Shown here in pieces: positions 52,599 through 63,397 of a DNA stretch of 64,000 nucleotides (position 1 is the stretch's first letter; each line of letters starts with the position of its first letter). Source of the stretch: Pachysolen tannophilus NRRL Y-2460 (Eukaryota); the NCBI GenBank assembly GCA_001661245.1, contig KV454017.1, positions 124,001 to 188,000 on the forward strand, in the 5' to 3' direction. Both the position numbers and the translations under genes were made by a program. The notes below the pieces were generated by a model that was not told the DNA's origin, searched no databases, and worked only from the letters and a program-made list of their open reading frames with translations.

Positions 52599-53812
52599 AT
52601 GAGCAGTTTAACTTCTTCTTTATTAAATTTTTTTGGTGCAAGGGTTCCTTCAGGACAAACTGATGGGTAAGTGAAAAAAAATCAATAATACCGTAAAATA
52701 TTGAACTAAATATGAATGAAATAGTTTGCTAACTTTAATGATTTTATTTCTTGTGAAATTTTTTTTTCTTTTTTTCTAGTCTTACCAAAACTTATTATGA
52801 TTACTCTATAGATGAGTTAAAACTGATGACAATTTTAGAACGTCTTTCAATTCGTGATTGGAATGTTGAAATTTTCACTCTTTTAATTACTTTAGGACTT
52901 GTTTTAATATGGAAAATTGGATTAACTTATAATGAATCAAAAGTGAAAAAATGGTTAACAAAACATGAACAAGTTTTTAAAGATCAATTTTATCAATTTG
53001 GTACTTCTTCTAATGAGATTTATATTAAAGATAGTGCTGAAGATTTTGCTTCATATGCAACTGGTAGATTAAATATTTCTCATTTAAATATTAATTTTAA
53101 TTTAGAACCTAGACATAATATGTTTTTCTATATTATGGAAGTTATTTTTTCATTTTTTGTCAAGGCAATTACAAAACCAGAAGATAAAATTGAATTAAGA
53201 ATAACTTTAGATAAATTTGCAAATGATAAAATTGATGAATGTATTTGGGCAATTGTTAATAAAGAACAAATGAATAAATATAGAGAATCAAATTATTATA
53301 TTTCTTTAACAAAAACTTCTGATTCTGAATTATTACCAAGAGAATTTGTATTTATGTCAGAAGTTCCAGATTTAAATGAAGCTTTATTTACAAAAGATTT
53401 AAAAGATTCAATTCAAAATTCAGGTAAAATTTTAAGATTTTTAGCAATAACAGATCAACCAAATGATAAACCAACAAAAATTCAAGATACAAGACCTTTT
53501 AAAAGATTTATCTTACAATTGAATTTCCCATCTTCAGAAGAAGAATATGAAAATTCTAAAAAATTAGTTAATTCTTTTATAACTTTAGTTGATCATGCTG
53601 TAAAGAAAGAATTTAAACCAGAAACTATTAAAAAAATCTTGAAAACAAGAGAAGTAGAAATTAATAAATTGAAAAAAATTGATGAAGATTTGAAAAAAGA
53701 AGAACTGGAACTGAAAAGAATTGCTAAATTGAAGAATTTATCTGAAGAAGAACAGAAAAAATTGGAGAAAAAAAGACAAAGAAAACTGTTAAAACAACAG
53801 AGAATTCGTTAA
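52599..53812 (+). CDS. DUF1682/CCDC47-family ER membrane protein (YNR021W-like), intron-containing
   Basis: join(52599..52666,52780..53812): GTAAGT 52667, TGCTAAC 52727, TAG 52779. TM helix, SYATGR, FLAITDQP, K/E-rich coiled tail. Confidence 0.88.
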
Positions 53813-54130
53813 TCCAATAAAAGACAATAAAAAAAAAAAATAACAAGGGTAGCTCTTTTTTTTTTTATATATATATTCTCTTTCTTTTTCTTTTTTATTT
53901 CATTTCTTTTAAATCTAATCCGTATCCTTTCTTTAACTTTCCTTTCCTTTCCTTTCTCTCTATTGTTTTATCTTGATTTAAAACTAGTTTTGTTTTGTTA
54001 TTTATCAATTTTTCACCTTTAAATTTATACTAAAAATTATTTTTGTAGTACAATTTTTTTTTAAAGTCATATTTAATTAATATATAAAATATATCATCAT
54101 CATCTCAATTCAAACTAGACATTCTCATCA

Positions 54131-54445
54131 ATGGAAGATTTACAACAGATCTTGAATGAATATCCATCGCCGGTTTTTTTCAAAGAGTTATCGTTGATTA
54201 GATCGAATAACGATATAGAATCTATAGTGGGGAATAAAAGTTATTTGAAATGTTTAACTTTAGAATCAAAAAAATTTAATATTTATATATCTGAAGATGG
54301 TTGGTACTCAATTCCAATAGATTTAGAGACATCAAAAGAGAGACGGTATTATCCAACTTTTGAATCATTAATGAAACAAGAATCATCAAAGTTCAATGAT
54401 GTGTGGAATAAAAAGTTTTTAGAAATGTTAAATGATATTACTTGA
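54131..54445 (+). CDS. Small GSKIP (DUF727)-like protein
   Basis: Pattern YLKCLTLE..F.I.ISEDGW...YYPTFESLM..ES.KF...W...F...L resembles the GSKIP domain. Confidence 0.6.
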   Translation: MEDLQQILNEYPSPVFFKELSLIRSNNDIESIVGNKSYLKCLTLESKKFNIYISEDGWYSIPIDLETSKERRYYPTFESLMKQESSKFNDVWNKKFLEMLNDIT

Positions 54446-54685
54446 TTGAATTTATTGAATAAACTTACATGTTGTTTTAAAATAACAATAACTCAATTTT
54501 ATTTTTTTTTTATAATTTTTATATCGTTTTCTATAATAACTACACAAACAACTATATATGCATGGCCGTCTCTCCTTCAACCAGTTATAGCGTCGTCTTA
54601 AAATTCAAATTCAAATTGTCTCAAATAATAATAAAAAGTAAAAAATCAAATAAAAAAAAAAAAAAAAGAATGAAAAATCATTCAT

Positions 54686-56983
54686 TCAGTATTGGAATGT
54701 ATAGTCTCTATGGTCTGGCAAGACAACATTCTCAGTGTATTCCCTGCGATAACCATCGTTATCAATAATGAAATTGTATTTAGGTTTGGTTTTTAAAGTG
54801 GCAATTTTTAAATCATTGGCATCCAAGGTGACCTGTCCGCAATTATTCTTCATGTATAAAAGAGTGTTCTCACTGCTAAGTGAATGGCTTAATTGACAAT
54901 ATTTATCAGACAAGTTATTAACACAAATAGTTTGTTCTGGATCAGATTCTTGACTTGGTTCTTCAATGGTTTCAAAAGTTGCATTGGTTGCATTGTTCTT
55001 CTCGTTCTCATCATTCTCATCATCGTAATAATAATCAGCAACAATATCACCAATTGTGTATGCTGGTGTAGTTGGTTTGATTGCATCAAAATCATCAACG
55101 TTCTCATTGTTGTTTTCATTGTTTTCATTGTTTTCAATTTTGTGGTTATTAACGTCTTCATTGTTATTTTCATATTCAAAAATTTCAAAGTTTTTGTGGT
55201 TGTTTTCAATTTCATTTTTGTAATCCTGATCACAAATTTCAACATCTTTAACAGTTTTAATAGAAATTCTACCTAAACTTGGTTTTCTCGAGTTGGAAGT
55301 TTCACAAATAACAACATCTGCAGCTTGTTGTTCTTGTTTAAAACTTTTCTTTGTGTCTTGTCTTTGAATAACATTAGAAGTTTTCTTGGTAAAATATCTA
55401 ACTGCATAATCAAATTTTTTAGGATTTTTCATCAAATTTTCGGAAATAATGTTTAAATTACCATCTTCAATAGCTTGAATAACATTTTCAAAAGTTAATG
55501 GCTTAACTTCTTTCTTAAATTTTTCTCTCAAGGAAAAAGTTGTTTTTTTGTTTCTTAATAACATATTCAGTCTTCTCTCATCAGCCAAGATACTTTGTAA
55601 TAATTCTTCATCTGAAATATTTTCAAATTGCTTGTTCAAATTTTCAGAATTGCAAATGCGCATATATAATGAATAAGGATCAATATTTTCTTCTTTTTTA
55701 GCTTCCTTTTCTTCCTTTTTAGCTTCTTTTTCTTCTTCTTCTCTCATAATGATATCAAAAATAGTTTTTGTTGGATCATATTTTTTGTATTGGGTATCGT
55801 TTTTCTTGAAAATAGTTTTAATTTTTTTGTAATTCTTGTGATTTCTGTGAATAATATGAACTCTGTGAATTCTATGGTGAGCTCTGTAAGCATTGTAATA
55901 TTTTTCCCATCTGTGTGTTTTGTAAACTATATGTTTTTTAAATTTTTTAGGTTTCCTAGATTTTCTTTGTTTGTTAATTCCAGTTTTTGAGTTCCAAAAG
56001 ATAAAGTTTGATTTTAAAGTGTTTTTGAATGAAGTTTCAGGTTCACCTGACTTTGCCGGCCGCTCAAAGTCTTTGGCGTAATGAAATCTTCCTTCTTCGT
56101 CACTAATTTCAAAACTCATCTCGGTTACATCTACATCATCTTCTTCATCTTCCTCCTCTTCCTCCTCCTCCTCCTCATCATCATCATCCTCAACTTCCTC
56201 CTCTTCATCTTCTTCTTCTTCAACTTCGTTCATTTCAACATCAACTTCCTCCTCTTCTTCTTCTTCATCCTCCTCCTCTTCATCCTCATCTTCATCATCA
56301 TCTTCATCGTCATCCTCATCATCATCTTCTTCTTCATCGTCATCCTCTTCATCCTCTTCATCCTCCTCATCAACTTCATAAATAACAGAGTTAGCAATAC
56401 CACCATCAAAACTTGGAACAGCAGTGGCAGTTTCAGAACTAAAAGAAACAAACCTGTTAATCAAAGGTGAAGTTGATTCCGTATTCTTAGCAACATTGTT
56501 GCGGTTAACTCTACGGGTAACTAAAGGTAAATGCTCCAACATATCTTTGTCTTCATTCTCATCAACGTGCAGAATTAAAGAATCCATGTCCTCACTGGTG
56601 CTTGGGAAAATAGTGGTTGATGACAATGAAGTTTCAGTGTCCCCCTTCACTTCATTTTCAACATCGTCATCAACTTTCTTTTCCCATTTGCTGGCATGCA
56701 AATGGTGTTTGTGGAACCAGTTTCTTAATCTTTCTGAACGTCCATGAAAACGAAAAGAACCAGAGCGATAACCCTTACCCCTTGAGTTAACCTTTGCAGC
56801 TTCCATCTTCTCCTTCAAGTCCTCATCATCCATCTCACATGGTTGTGGAGTTGGAATACGAGTGCTGTAGTTAACATAAGATTCATAATCTTTAGTTGCC
56901 TTTTCTGAACTAGCTGAAACTGCTTGGTTTTTGCTTAATCTCATCGACAAAAGCAAATCAGTTTGAGCTCTAACAAAACCCAT
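54686..56983 (-). CDS. Uncharacterised protein with very long D/E tract followed by basic tract
   Basis: ATG 56983 (MGFVRAQ); about 765 codons; about 85-residue acidic run; TATA-like element near 57193; MSE-rich promoter. Confidence 0.7.
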   Translation of the reverse strand: MGFVRAQTDLLLSMRLSKNQAVSASSEKATKDYESYVNYSTRIPTPQPCEMDDEDLKEKMEAAKVNSRGKGYRSGSFRFHGRSERLRNWFHKHHLHASKWEKKVDDDVENEVKGDTETSLSSTTIFPSTSEDMDSLILHVDENEDKDMLEHLPLVTRRVNRNNVAKNTESTSPLINRFVSFSSETATAVPSFDGGIANSVIYEVDEEDEEDEEDDDEEEDDDEDDDEDDDEDEDEEEEDEEEEEEEVDVEMNEVEEEEDEEEEVEDDDDEEEEEEEEEDEEDDVDVTEMSFEISDEEGRFHYAKDFERPAKSGEPETSFKNTLKSNFIFWNSKTGINKQRKSRKPKKFKKHIVYKTHRWEKYYNAYRAHHRIHRVHIIHRNHKNYKKIKTIFKKNDTQYKKYDPTKTIFDIIMREEEEKEAKKEEKEAKKEENIDPYSLYMRICNSENLNKQFENISDEELLQSILADERRLNMLLRNKKTTFSLREKFKKEVKPLTFENVIQAIEDGNLNIISENLMKNPKKFDYAVRYFTKKTSNVIQRQDTKKSFKQEQQAADVVICETSNSRKPSLGRISIKTVKDVEICDQDYKNEIENNHKNFEIFEYENNNEDVNNHKIENNENNENNNENVDDFDAIKPTTPAYTIGDIVADYYYDDENDENEKNNATNATFETIEEPSQESDPEQTICVNNLSDKYCQLSHSLSSENTLLYMKNNCGQVTLDANDLKIATLKTKPKYNFIIDNDGYRREYTENVVLPDHRDYTFQY

Positions 56984-57802
56984 TTTCGAAAGTATGTGTT
57001 TTTTTTTTCTTGGTTGGTTTCTGTTTGATCGCAATAAATAAATAGTAAAAAGTTTTAAGTTAAATAGTTTTAAAAAAGTTTTTTTTTGTTTAAATAGCTA
57101 ATATTTAAATAAGTTTTAAGAATGTGTTATTATCCTTAAAGAAATAAAATAAGTAAAAGATGATTACAAGAACTTGAAGACCACCACCCACTTATATATC
57201 ATTTCGAAAAATCAATGGAGAGTTTTTGTGCAACTAATCAACTTGAAAATACCTTTCGTCTATATTTGTGGACAATAACACAAAGATTCAAAAATACGCA
57301 CGCCGCACATAAACTTGCATATTTTACATACTTCTGGAAAGATGTTGAAAGAGAACAACGATAATAACGATAAACACAAAAGCTTTTCTATAACACAAAA
57401 ATAAGGATGTCCCTATTCTTTTTTTTTTCTTTTTTGTTTTTTCTTTCGTTGCCACAGAGACAAGTTCTTAAATAAAAGAGAAGAAATTAAATTAAGGAAA
57501 TAATTGTACGCTTCTTTGTGTCTCTATAGTTACATTTTTGATTAAAAAGATTAAAAAAACTTAATTTATCTAAATATATTTCACAAAACAAAAAAAATCT
57601 AATCTCTTTTGATCTCTTTTCTTCAATTTTGTGTCCTTTTTTCCTTTTTCTTGTTCATGCCACAAATACTAAAAAATAGAAAGAAATGGAAATTGTAACA
57701 TTTCAAGTCAACTTCCGTTCACATCTTTAAAACTGGATCACTTAGTTTTAAAATTGGTCCATTCTATGAACCAATTTTAAGGTAGTGCGTTAAATATCAA
57801 TA

Positions 57803-57808
57803 ACGCGT
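57803..57808. promoter_or_regulatory. MCB element upstream of HAT2
   Basis: ACGCGT in an otherwise CpG-poor region. Confidence 0.5.
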
Positions 57809-57957
57809 CATGAAAAAAAAAAAAAGAAAAAAAAGGGTCAAAAAATGGCCCTTTTTTTTCACCTACAAAAATATAAAATAAAAAAACGGACAAAAAGATC
57901 TTTATCTATCAAGAGTACCAGCTAATAATAATCAAGAAAAAAAAGAATAGATGGAAG

Positions 57958-59331
57958 ATGAATGGAATCAATGATAAGGATTGGGAAGATATAGAGGAGG
58001 CTGAGGAGAATCAGAGTGGTAAGTTTAATTGTTAACAATTGAAAGATTGGAATAAAGAAAAATAAGTAAGAAAAAGATAAATCTAACATTTAAATATATA
58101 TATAGAACAACAAGAGTTATCGATTCAAGAGGAGTATAAGTTATGGAGGAAGAATTGTCATTATATGTATGATTTTATATCGGAAACTGCATTGACATGG
58201 CCTTCGTTATCTATACAGTGGTTACCGGAACAAGAAGTGACTGATGTTTCAGTAAAGTCGAAATTATTATTAAGTACTCATACTTCAGGTGAAGATATAA
58301 ATTATATAAAAATTGCATCTACTCAATTACCTTTGAATATTTGGCCAAATTCGGGAAAAATTATTAAGGATAATGGTAATTCCAATAAAGAGACTAAAAT
58401 AAATTCGAGGTTAAAGATTGTGAAAAAATTAAAACAAAATTCAGAGATTAATAGAGTTAGATTTATGCCTCAAGATTCAAATATAATTGGATCTATAAAT
58501 GGTAGTGGTGAAGTTTTTGTTTATAACTTAAGTTCAATTTTCAATGATAATGAGACTGATGAACAGGATGTATTGTTTTTAGATCATCACAAGGAAAATG
58601 GATATGGGTTGAATTGGAATAGTTTAGAAAAAAATTATTTGTTAACTTCTTCAGATGATAAATCAATTGCTTTATGGGATATAGGATTACCACCGACAAA
58701 TAAGATTTTAAAACCTATCACAGTTATTAATGATCATACAGATATAGTCAACGATGTTAAGTGGAACCCACACAATTCCGATTTATTTGGTTCAGTCTCT
58801 GATGATAAATCTTTTAAATATTTTGATAAAAGATCTTTACCAAATTCAATAATAGATTTAAAAGTAAAACCATCTTTTGAAATAAATTCATTATCATTTT
58901 CAAGTTTTTCTAAAAATCTATTTGCTTTAGGAGGAACAGATAATAATATTTCACTTTATGATTTGAGAAATACTTCAAAATCGTTACATCAAATGATTGG
59001 TCATACAGGTGCTATCACATCAATAGAATGGTCTCCAACACATGAAAACATCATCGCTTCCGGTTCCACTGATCGCAGAGTAATATTATGGGATATAAAC
59101 AATATAGGAAAAGAATTGTTGGCCGATGAGGCAGAAGATGGTGTCCCAGAATTAATGTTCATGCATGGAGGTCATACTGGTGCAATTAATGATTTGTCTT
59201 TCAATCCAGAAATTCCTTACTGTATCGCCTCAACCTCAGACGATAACATCGTACACGTCTGGAAAGCAAGCGACAAGATCATAAACGACGATGCCGATTA
59301 TGACGAAATTGATATTAACGAACTAGAATGA
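57958..59331 (+). CDS. HAT2: Histone acetyltransferase B WD40 subunit (RbAp48 family), intron-containing
   Basis: join(57958..58018,58106..59331): GTAAGT 58019, ATCTAAC 58081, TAG 58105. Splicing restores LSIQEEYKLWRKNCHYMYDFISETALTWPSL; EDGVPELMFMHGGH. Confidence 0.88.
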
Positions 59332-59614
59332 TTTCTTCTTCTTCTTGTCGTTGTCGGTTTTTTTGTCATAGTAAAAATTCAGTAGTTTGTGAAAAATCAA
59401 AGTTTTAAACCAAAATGAAAAATTTGTGTAGGTTCAAAGTAGAAGCTCAACCAACGAATTGTATCAGCGACGAAACGAAAGATTGTATATTGAATTTATT
59501 AGTTGAAGAAAAGATAGACTGATTAATTCTATATAGTATAGAGTAGAGTTTAATAGAACCGATAGTAGATTTTAGTCTTTTTTTTTTTTTGTTTTGTTTT
59601 TTTGGTTGTTGAAA

Positions 59615-60016
59615 ATGAATTCATTGAGTACGGTAACAAGACCACAAATTTATGCTTCAACAAAGTTTTTAAATGTTAGGTTTTCGGCGATTTCCAAGAG
59701 AAAAAGAATCCAAGTCCAGCTTTTGAACGATGTTCAGAATTTAGGTTCCAAGGGAGAAATAGTTTCAGTGAGGCCATCGTATATGATAAATGTTTTGCAT
59801 AGGAATAATGGTGCATCTTATATCTTACCGAATCAAGGTCCAAGAATACCTGTTGTAGAGAAACAGACACAACCAACTCAGTTGAAAACAACAAAGAAGG
59901 AATCAGCAACAGAAAAGAAGGAGGACTTGATTGGAAGTAAAGAGAAAATCACACTTGATGAGTTGACTGAAATTACAGGTTTGAAATTTCACAAAAATGA
60001 AAGTTCCAAACAATAA
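59615..60016 (+). CDS. MRPL50: Mitochondrial ribosomal protein bL9m
   Basis: IQVQLLNDVQNLGSKGEIVSVRPSYMINVLH (L9 N-terminal domain); presequence-like start; synteny. Confidence 0.9.
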   Translation: MNSLSTVTRPQIYASTKFLNVRFSAISKRKRIQVQLLNDVQNLGSKGEIVSVRPSYMINVLHRNNGASYILPNQGPRIPVVEKQTQPTQLKTTKKESATEKKEDLIGSKEKITLDELTEITGLKFHKNESSKQ

Positions 60017-60305
60017 TAATAGTATATATATATATATATATTGTGTTATAACTTGTAGATAAATGAAAAGCTGTTTATTCAAAATGTTACTGTAGAAGAA
60101 ATTAGAAATCTATTATTTGCTTTTATAAGATTGTAAAGTAGGTGAGATATGAAGTTGAGTATGATTGTAGTTGAATCGTTTTTATTATTTTCTTCAAATA
60201 GAAATAAAACTTGGTAAAGGGAAAAAAATAGACCAAAATATAAAAAATAATACTAAAATAATAAAAGAAAGAGGTTTTATTCTTTCAACTTTTTTAATCC
60301 ATATT

Positions 60306-61436
60306 ATGTCTAAATCTATAAGATTAACGGCATCAGCATCTTCCAAAGCGACTCCTAAGTCTATAGTTAAATCCCAATCAAATAAGCTAACTGGTGTTTC
60401 TACTAATTCTAAACAAAAATCAGAAAATTTGAAAAAAGATGCTAATAATGGGGTTAAAAAAAATAGAGATGGGAAGAGCAAATTAAAGGAAATTGATTAT
60501 AACGTTGAACTTTACCCTCTATCGTCGATATTACTGGATGAAGGAGATGAGGATACTTTAGTTGATATTGATGAGGATAAAATAATAGATGAAAATGAAG
60601 AAGAAGTTAGTGACATAAATGGAAGTGGTAAAAATAGTAAAGATCCAATATTAAAAGCTATAGATATGATTTTAGAATCAAGGTTTGATAATGATTTCCC
60701 CATAGAAAAAGGTGGAATCACTAGGAAATCAAGTGAATCTATTATTTCGAAAAGAATGAGTTTTTCTAAAGTAATAGTTAAGAATCAATTATATTCTGTA
60801 TTTGTGAATAATACTACATTTGTGGATCAACATATTGAAAACTTGATAAGAGAAGGTGAGTTGAAAAAACTTTTGATGAACCATATAGAGTTCAGTGATA
60901 ATATTATTATCAAGTTAATAGATTATATCGCAGTGATAGATGATAAGATTTCATTTTTACACAAAAATGAAAATTCTATTTCTAGTTCACAACAAGAAAT
61001 CAATATTATAATTAAAAGTCTTGAGAATTTTAAAAAATATTTGTGTGATAATAAATTATTTTCAATAATAACAAGAAATGATTTACATAGTTATGATATT
61101 GATGATAGTATATTGATGAAACTAGGATTTTTAACTAATTTGAACAAGACAGATTTTGATGACCTTCATATATCTTTACCTAACTTGGGTAACTATTTAA
61201 GGTTATTAAAAGAAACCATGAGGTTTACATATAAGACTATTAGTACAAATAATAGGTTTAATGAATTATTGGAATCAAAATTAGCTGAAAGATATAATCA
61301 AATCAAGGTAAAATGGTATTTATACTGTGGATTAAATTTAAAATTTATTCTAAGTAATTGTGTAGGTTTAGGTATTATCGAAGGTTTTAACACACCTGTT
61401 GGAAGAGGATGGAAATTAAGTGGGAAAAGGATTTAA
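60306..61436 (+). CDS. STK19-like winged-helix protein
   Basis: QLYSVF, ISLPNLGNYLRLL, GLNLKFILSNCVGLGIIEGFNTPVGRGWKL resemble the Stk19 family. Confidence 0.7.
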   Translation: MSKSIRLTASASSKATPKSIVKSQSNKLTGVSTNSKQKSENLKKDANNGVKKNRDGKSKLKEIDYNVELYPLSSILLDEGDEDTLVDIDEDKIIDENEEEVSDINGSGKNSKDPILKAIDMILESRFDNDFPIEKGGITRKSSESIISKRMSFSKVIVKNQLYSVFVNNTTFVDQHIENLIREGELKKLLMNHIEFSDNIIIKLIDYIAVIDDKISFLHKNENSISSSQQEINIIIKSLENFKKYLCDNKLFSIITRNDLHSYDIDDSILMKLGFLTNLNKTDFDDLHISLPNLGNYLRLLKETMRFTYKTISTNNRFNELLESKLAERYNQIKVKWYLYCGLNLKFILSNCVGLGIIEGFNTPVGRGWKLSGKRI

Positions 61437-61537
61437 AAATATTTTATATAGATATATAAATTGTGTATTTTACAAACAAGCAATAAAAATAAAACTAAAA
61501 CTAACTAAACAGTATATATATAATAAAACTGTATAAT

Positions 61538-63184
61538 TCAAATACGACCAGAATTTAATAATATATCAATATTTTCATTGATTAACTCATCAGTATAATA
61601 ATCTGATTTTCTAATAAATTCTTCATCTGGTAATCCAACTTCTTTACCAAAAGAATCTGCAGATAAGATTTTTAAATATTCTGAATTTCTATCTAAAATT
61701 GTTTCCAAGAAATTTTTAGGATTCTCAGCAAGTTTTTGATAAAAATCGTATTTAAATTTATTGTAATTTAATAATTGTAAATTCATAGTCATACTCTCTG
61801 AAAGTTTATTTAATTCTAATGACGATTTTTGGTCATTAACAATTTCATTAATTATCTTATTTATTGAAGAATTCTTGTTATCTTTTTGTGGCAGCTGAGA
61901 TAAATTGTTTAATTTAACATCAATAACAATATCACCTAATGTGGAGTTAATATTTGTATTTACCGTGTAAACAAGTTTTATCGGATCCAATGGTTTCAAC
62001 AAAACTGTAGCAATGATTTCTAACATCTTGGAAATATTTAATTTTTCCAACTTGAAAATTCTGAACAATAACTCATCTGATTTAATTGTAACAATAGATT
62101 GTCTTTGACTAGAATGCTGCGATTGCTGTTGTTGTTGCTGTTGTTGTTGTTGCTGCTGACTATGGTGTTGGTGATGACGGTGTTGCTGAGGGTGCCCATT
62201 AGATTCATCTTTCCCGTTTTCACCATCATCGTTAAGTTCAAACAAGTTATTCATCTTGACATAGTTAAAAATCTTGATAAAACAATCGTGTTGTGTAGTT
62301 TCTTGTGTACCCAACAATCCAATTAAATCCTCATTAACAACTTTTAATTTCGTTGGATACATTTTAGGCTGTATCACTATCTCTGCTTTAACTTCTTGAG
62401 AAATATCACCTCCTTCAGTAACAGGTATCGAGGAACCAAATCTTTTAATATCTAACCCGTCAAATTGCTGTTGCAGTCTTTCCAACTCGGTTTTAGCGTG
62501 TACCAAATCTTCATGCCATTCAACTATATTGTTATTGATAGGTCTTGGTGCCAACAAGTTATTATTATTCAATTGTTCTTGCAGCAGCAGTTGCAGCAGT
62601 TGCTGCTGCAGTTGTTGCTGAAGTTGAAGTTGTTGCTCTTGCTCTTCAGGAGTTCTATCCGAGGGCTTCTTATCACCCGTGTATAATTCCACAGAAATAC
62701 TAGACAAAAATGAACTAAATTTTTTCCTTGTAGGTAAATCCACTTCTTCATTATCATCTAAAAGCCTACCTTCAATTCTCAAAGTCCAAGAACCTTGTTG
62801 TTGTTGTTGCTGTTGCAGCAGCAGCTGTTGTTGTTGCAATGGCTGAACATTATTTTGTAACTGCCAAGGCTGGTTCTCACTAATATTATAAATGAAAATT
62901 CTCAAAATTTCAGGCTTATCCTCTTCTTCATCAACATCAGGCAACGTACCATTATTGATTCCATTCTGATACTCTTGCAAATCCAATAACTTCCGATTGA
63001 TAATCAAATCTAATTCTTTCTCTTTATATTGTAATTTCTTAAACATCTCAATCTGTTCTGGAAAAAGATTCTCTAAAGATTCAGAAATCATAACATCCGT
63101 AGGTTTAAACGAAACTGCTGGCGCAATCTGCGGTTGTGGCGGCGGAGGTGCCGAACCAACATTAGAAGTTTGCTGAACAGCCAT
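61538..63184 (-). CDS. SNF12: SWIB-domain subunit of SWI/SNF-RSC (Snf12/Rsc6)
   Basis: KPTD, LRIFIYNISENQPWQ, WTLRIEGRLLD, FDGLDIKR, YVKMNNL; Q/A tracts. Confidence 0.88.
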   Translation of the reverse strand: MAVQQTSNVGSAPPPPQPQIAPAVSFKPTDVMISESLENLFPEQIEMFKKLQYKEKELDLIINRKLLDLQEYQNGINNGTLPDVDEEEDKPEILRIFIYNISENQPWQLQNNVQPLQQQQLLLQQQQQQQGSWTLRIEGRLLDDNEEVDLPTRKKFSSFLSSISVELYTGDKKPSDRTPEEQEQQLQLQQQLQQQLLQLLLQEQLNNNNLLAPRPINNNIVEWHEDLVHAKTELERLQQQFDGLDIKRFGSSIPVTEGGDISQEVKAEIVIQPKMYPTKLKVVNEDLIGLLGTQETTQHDCFIKIFNYVKMNNLFELNDDGENGKDESNGHPQQHRHHQHHSQQQQQQQQQQQQSQHSSQRQSIVTIKSDELLFRIFKLEKLNISKMLEIIATVLLKPLDPIKLVYTVNTNINSTLGDIVIDVKLNNLSQLPQKDNKNSSINKIINEIVNDQKSSLELNKLSESMTMNLQLLNYNKFKYDFYQKLAENPKNFLETILDRNSEYLKILSADSFGKEVGLPDEEFIRKSDYYTDELINENIDILLNSGRI

Positions 63185-63397
63185 AACTCTTTATCTGATT
63201 ACCTTCTCTTAAAACCCCTTTACCCTTTTTACTTGGAAATAATTTTATAATTTATTTATTAACTTGGTCAACGAAAATAGCTTCTTACAATAAAATGTTT
63301 TTAAGAAAAAAAAAAAAAAATGGCCTATTTTATTGATATTTTACAAACGACTGAAATTTTTCAGTTTTGACTAAAACTATACAAGAAATCAGTTGAA

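Noticed and set aside
60171..60305. In-frame non-AUG extensions upstream of the STK19-like gene (likewise MPP10, SMF2, ARE2, MRPL50)
   Set aside because: Low-complexity AT-rich sequence without targeting-peptide character, unlike ACC1
2571..62757. Numerous short antisense or alternate-frame ORFs (poly-F/I/M/L) in the ORF track
   Set aside because: Shadows of low-complexity coding tracts or of poly-T intergenic DNA
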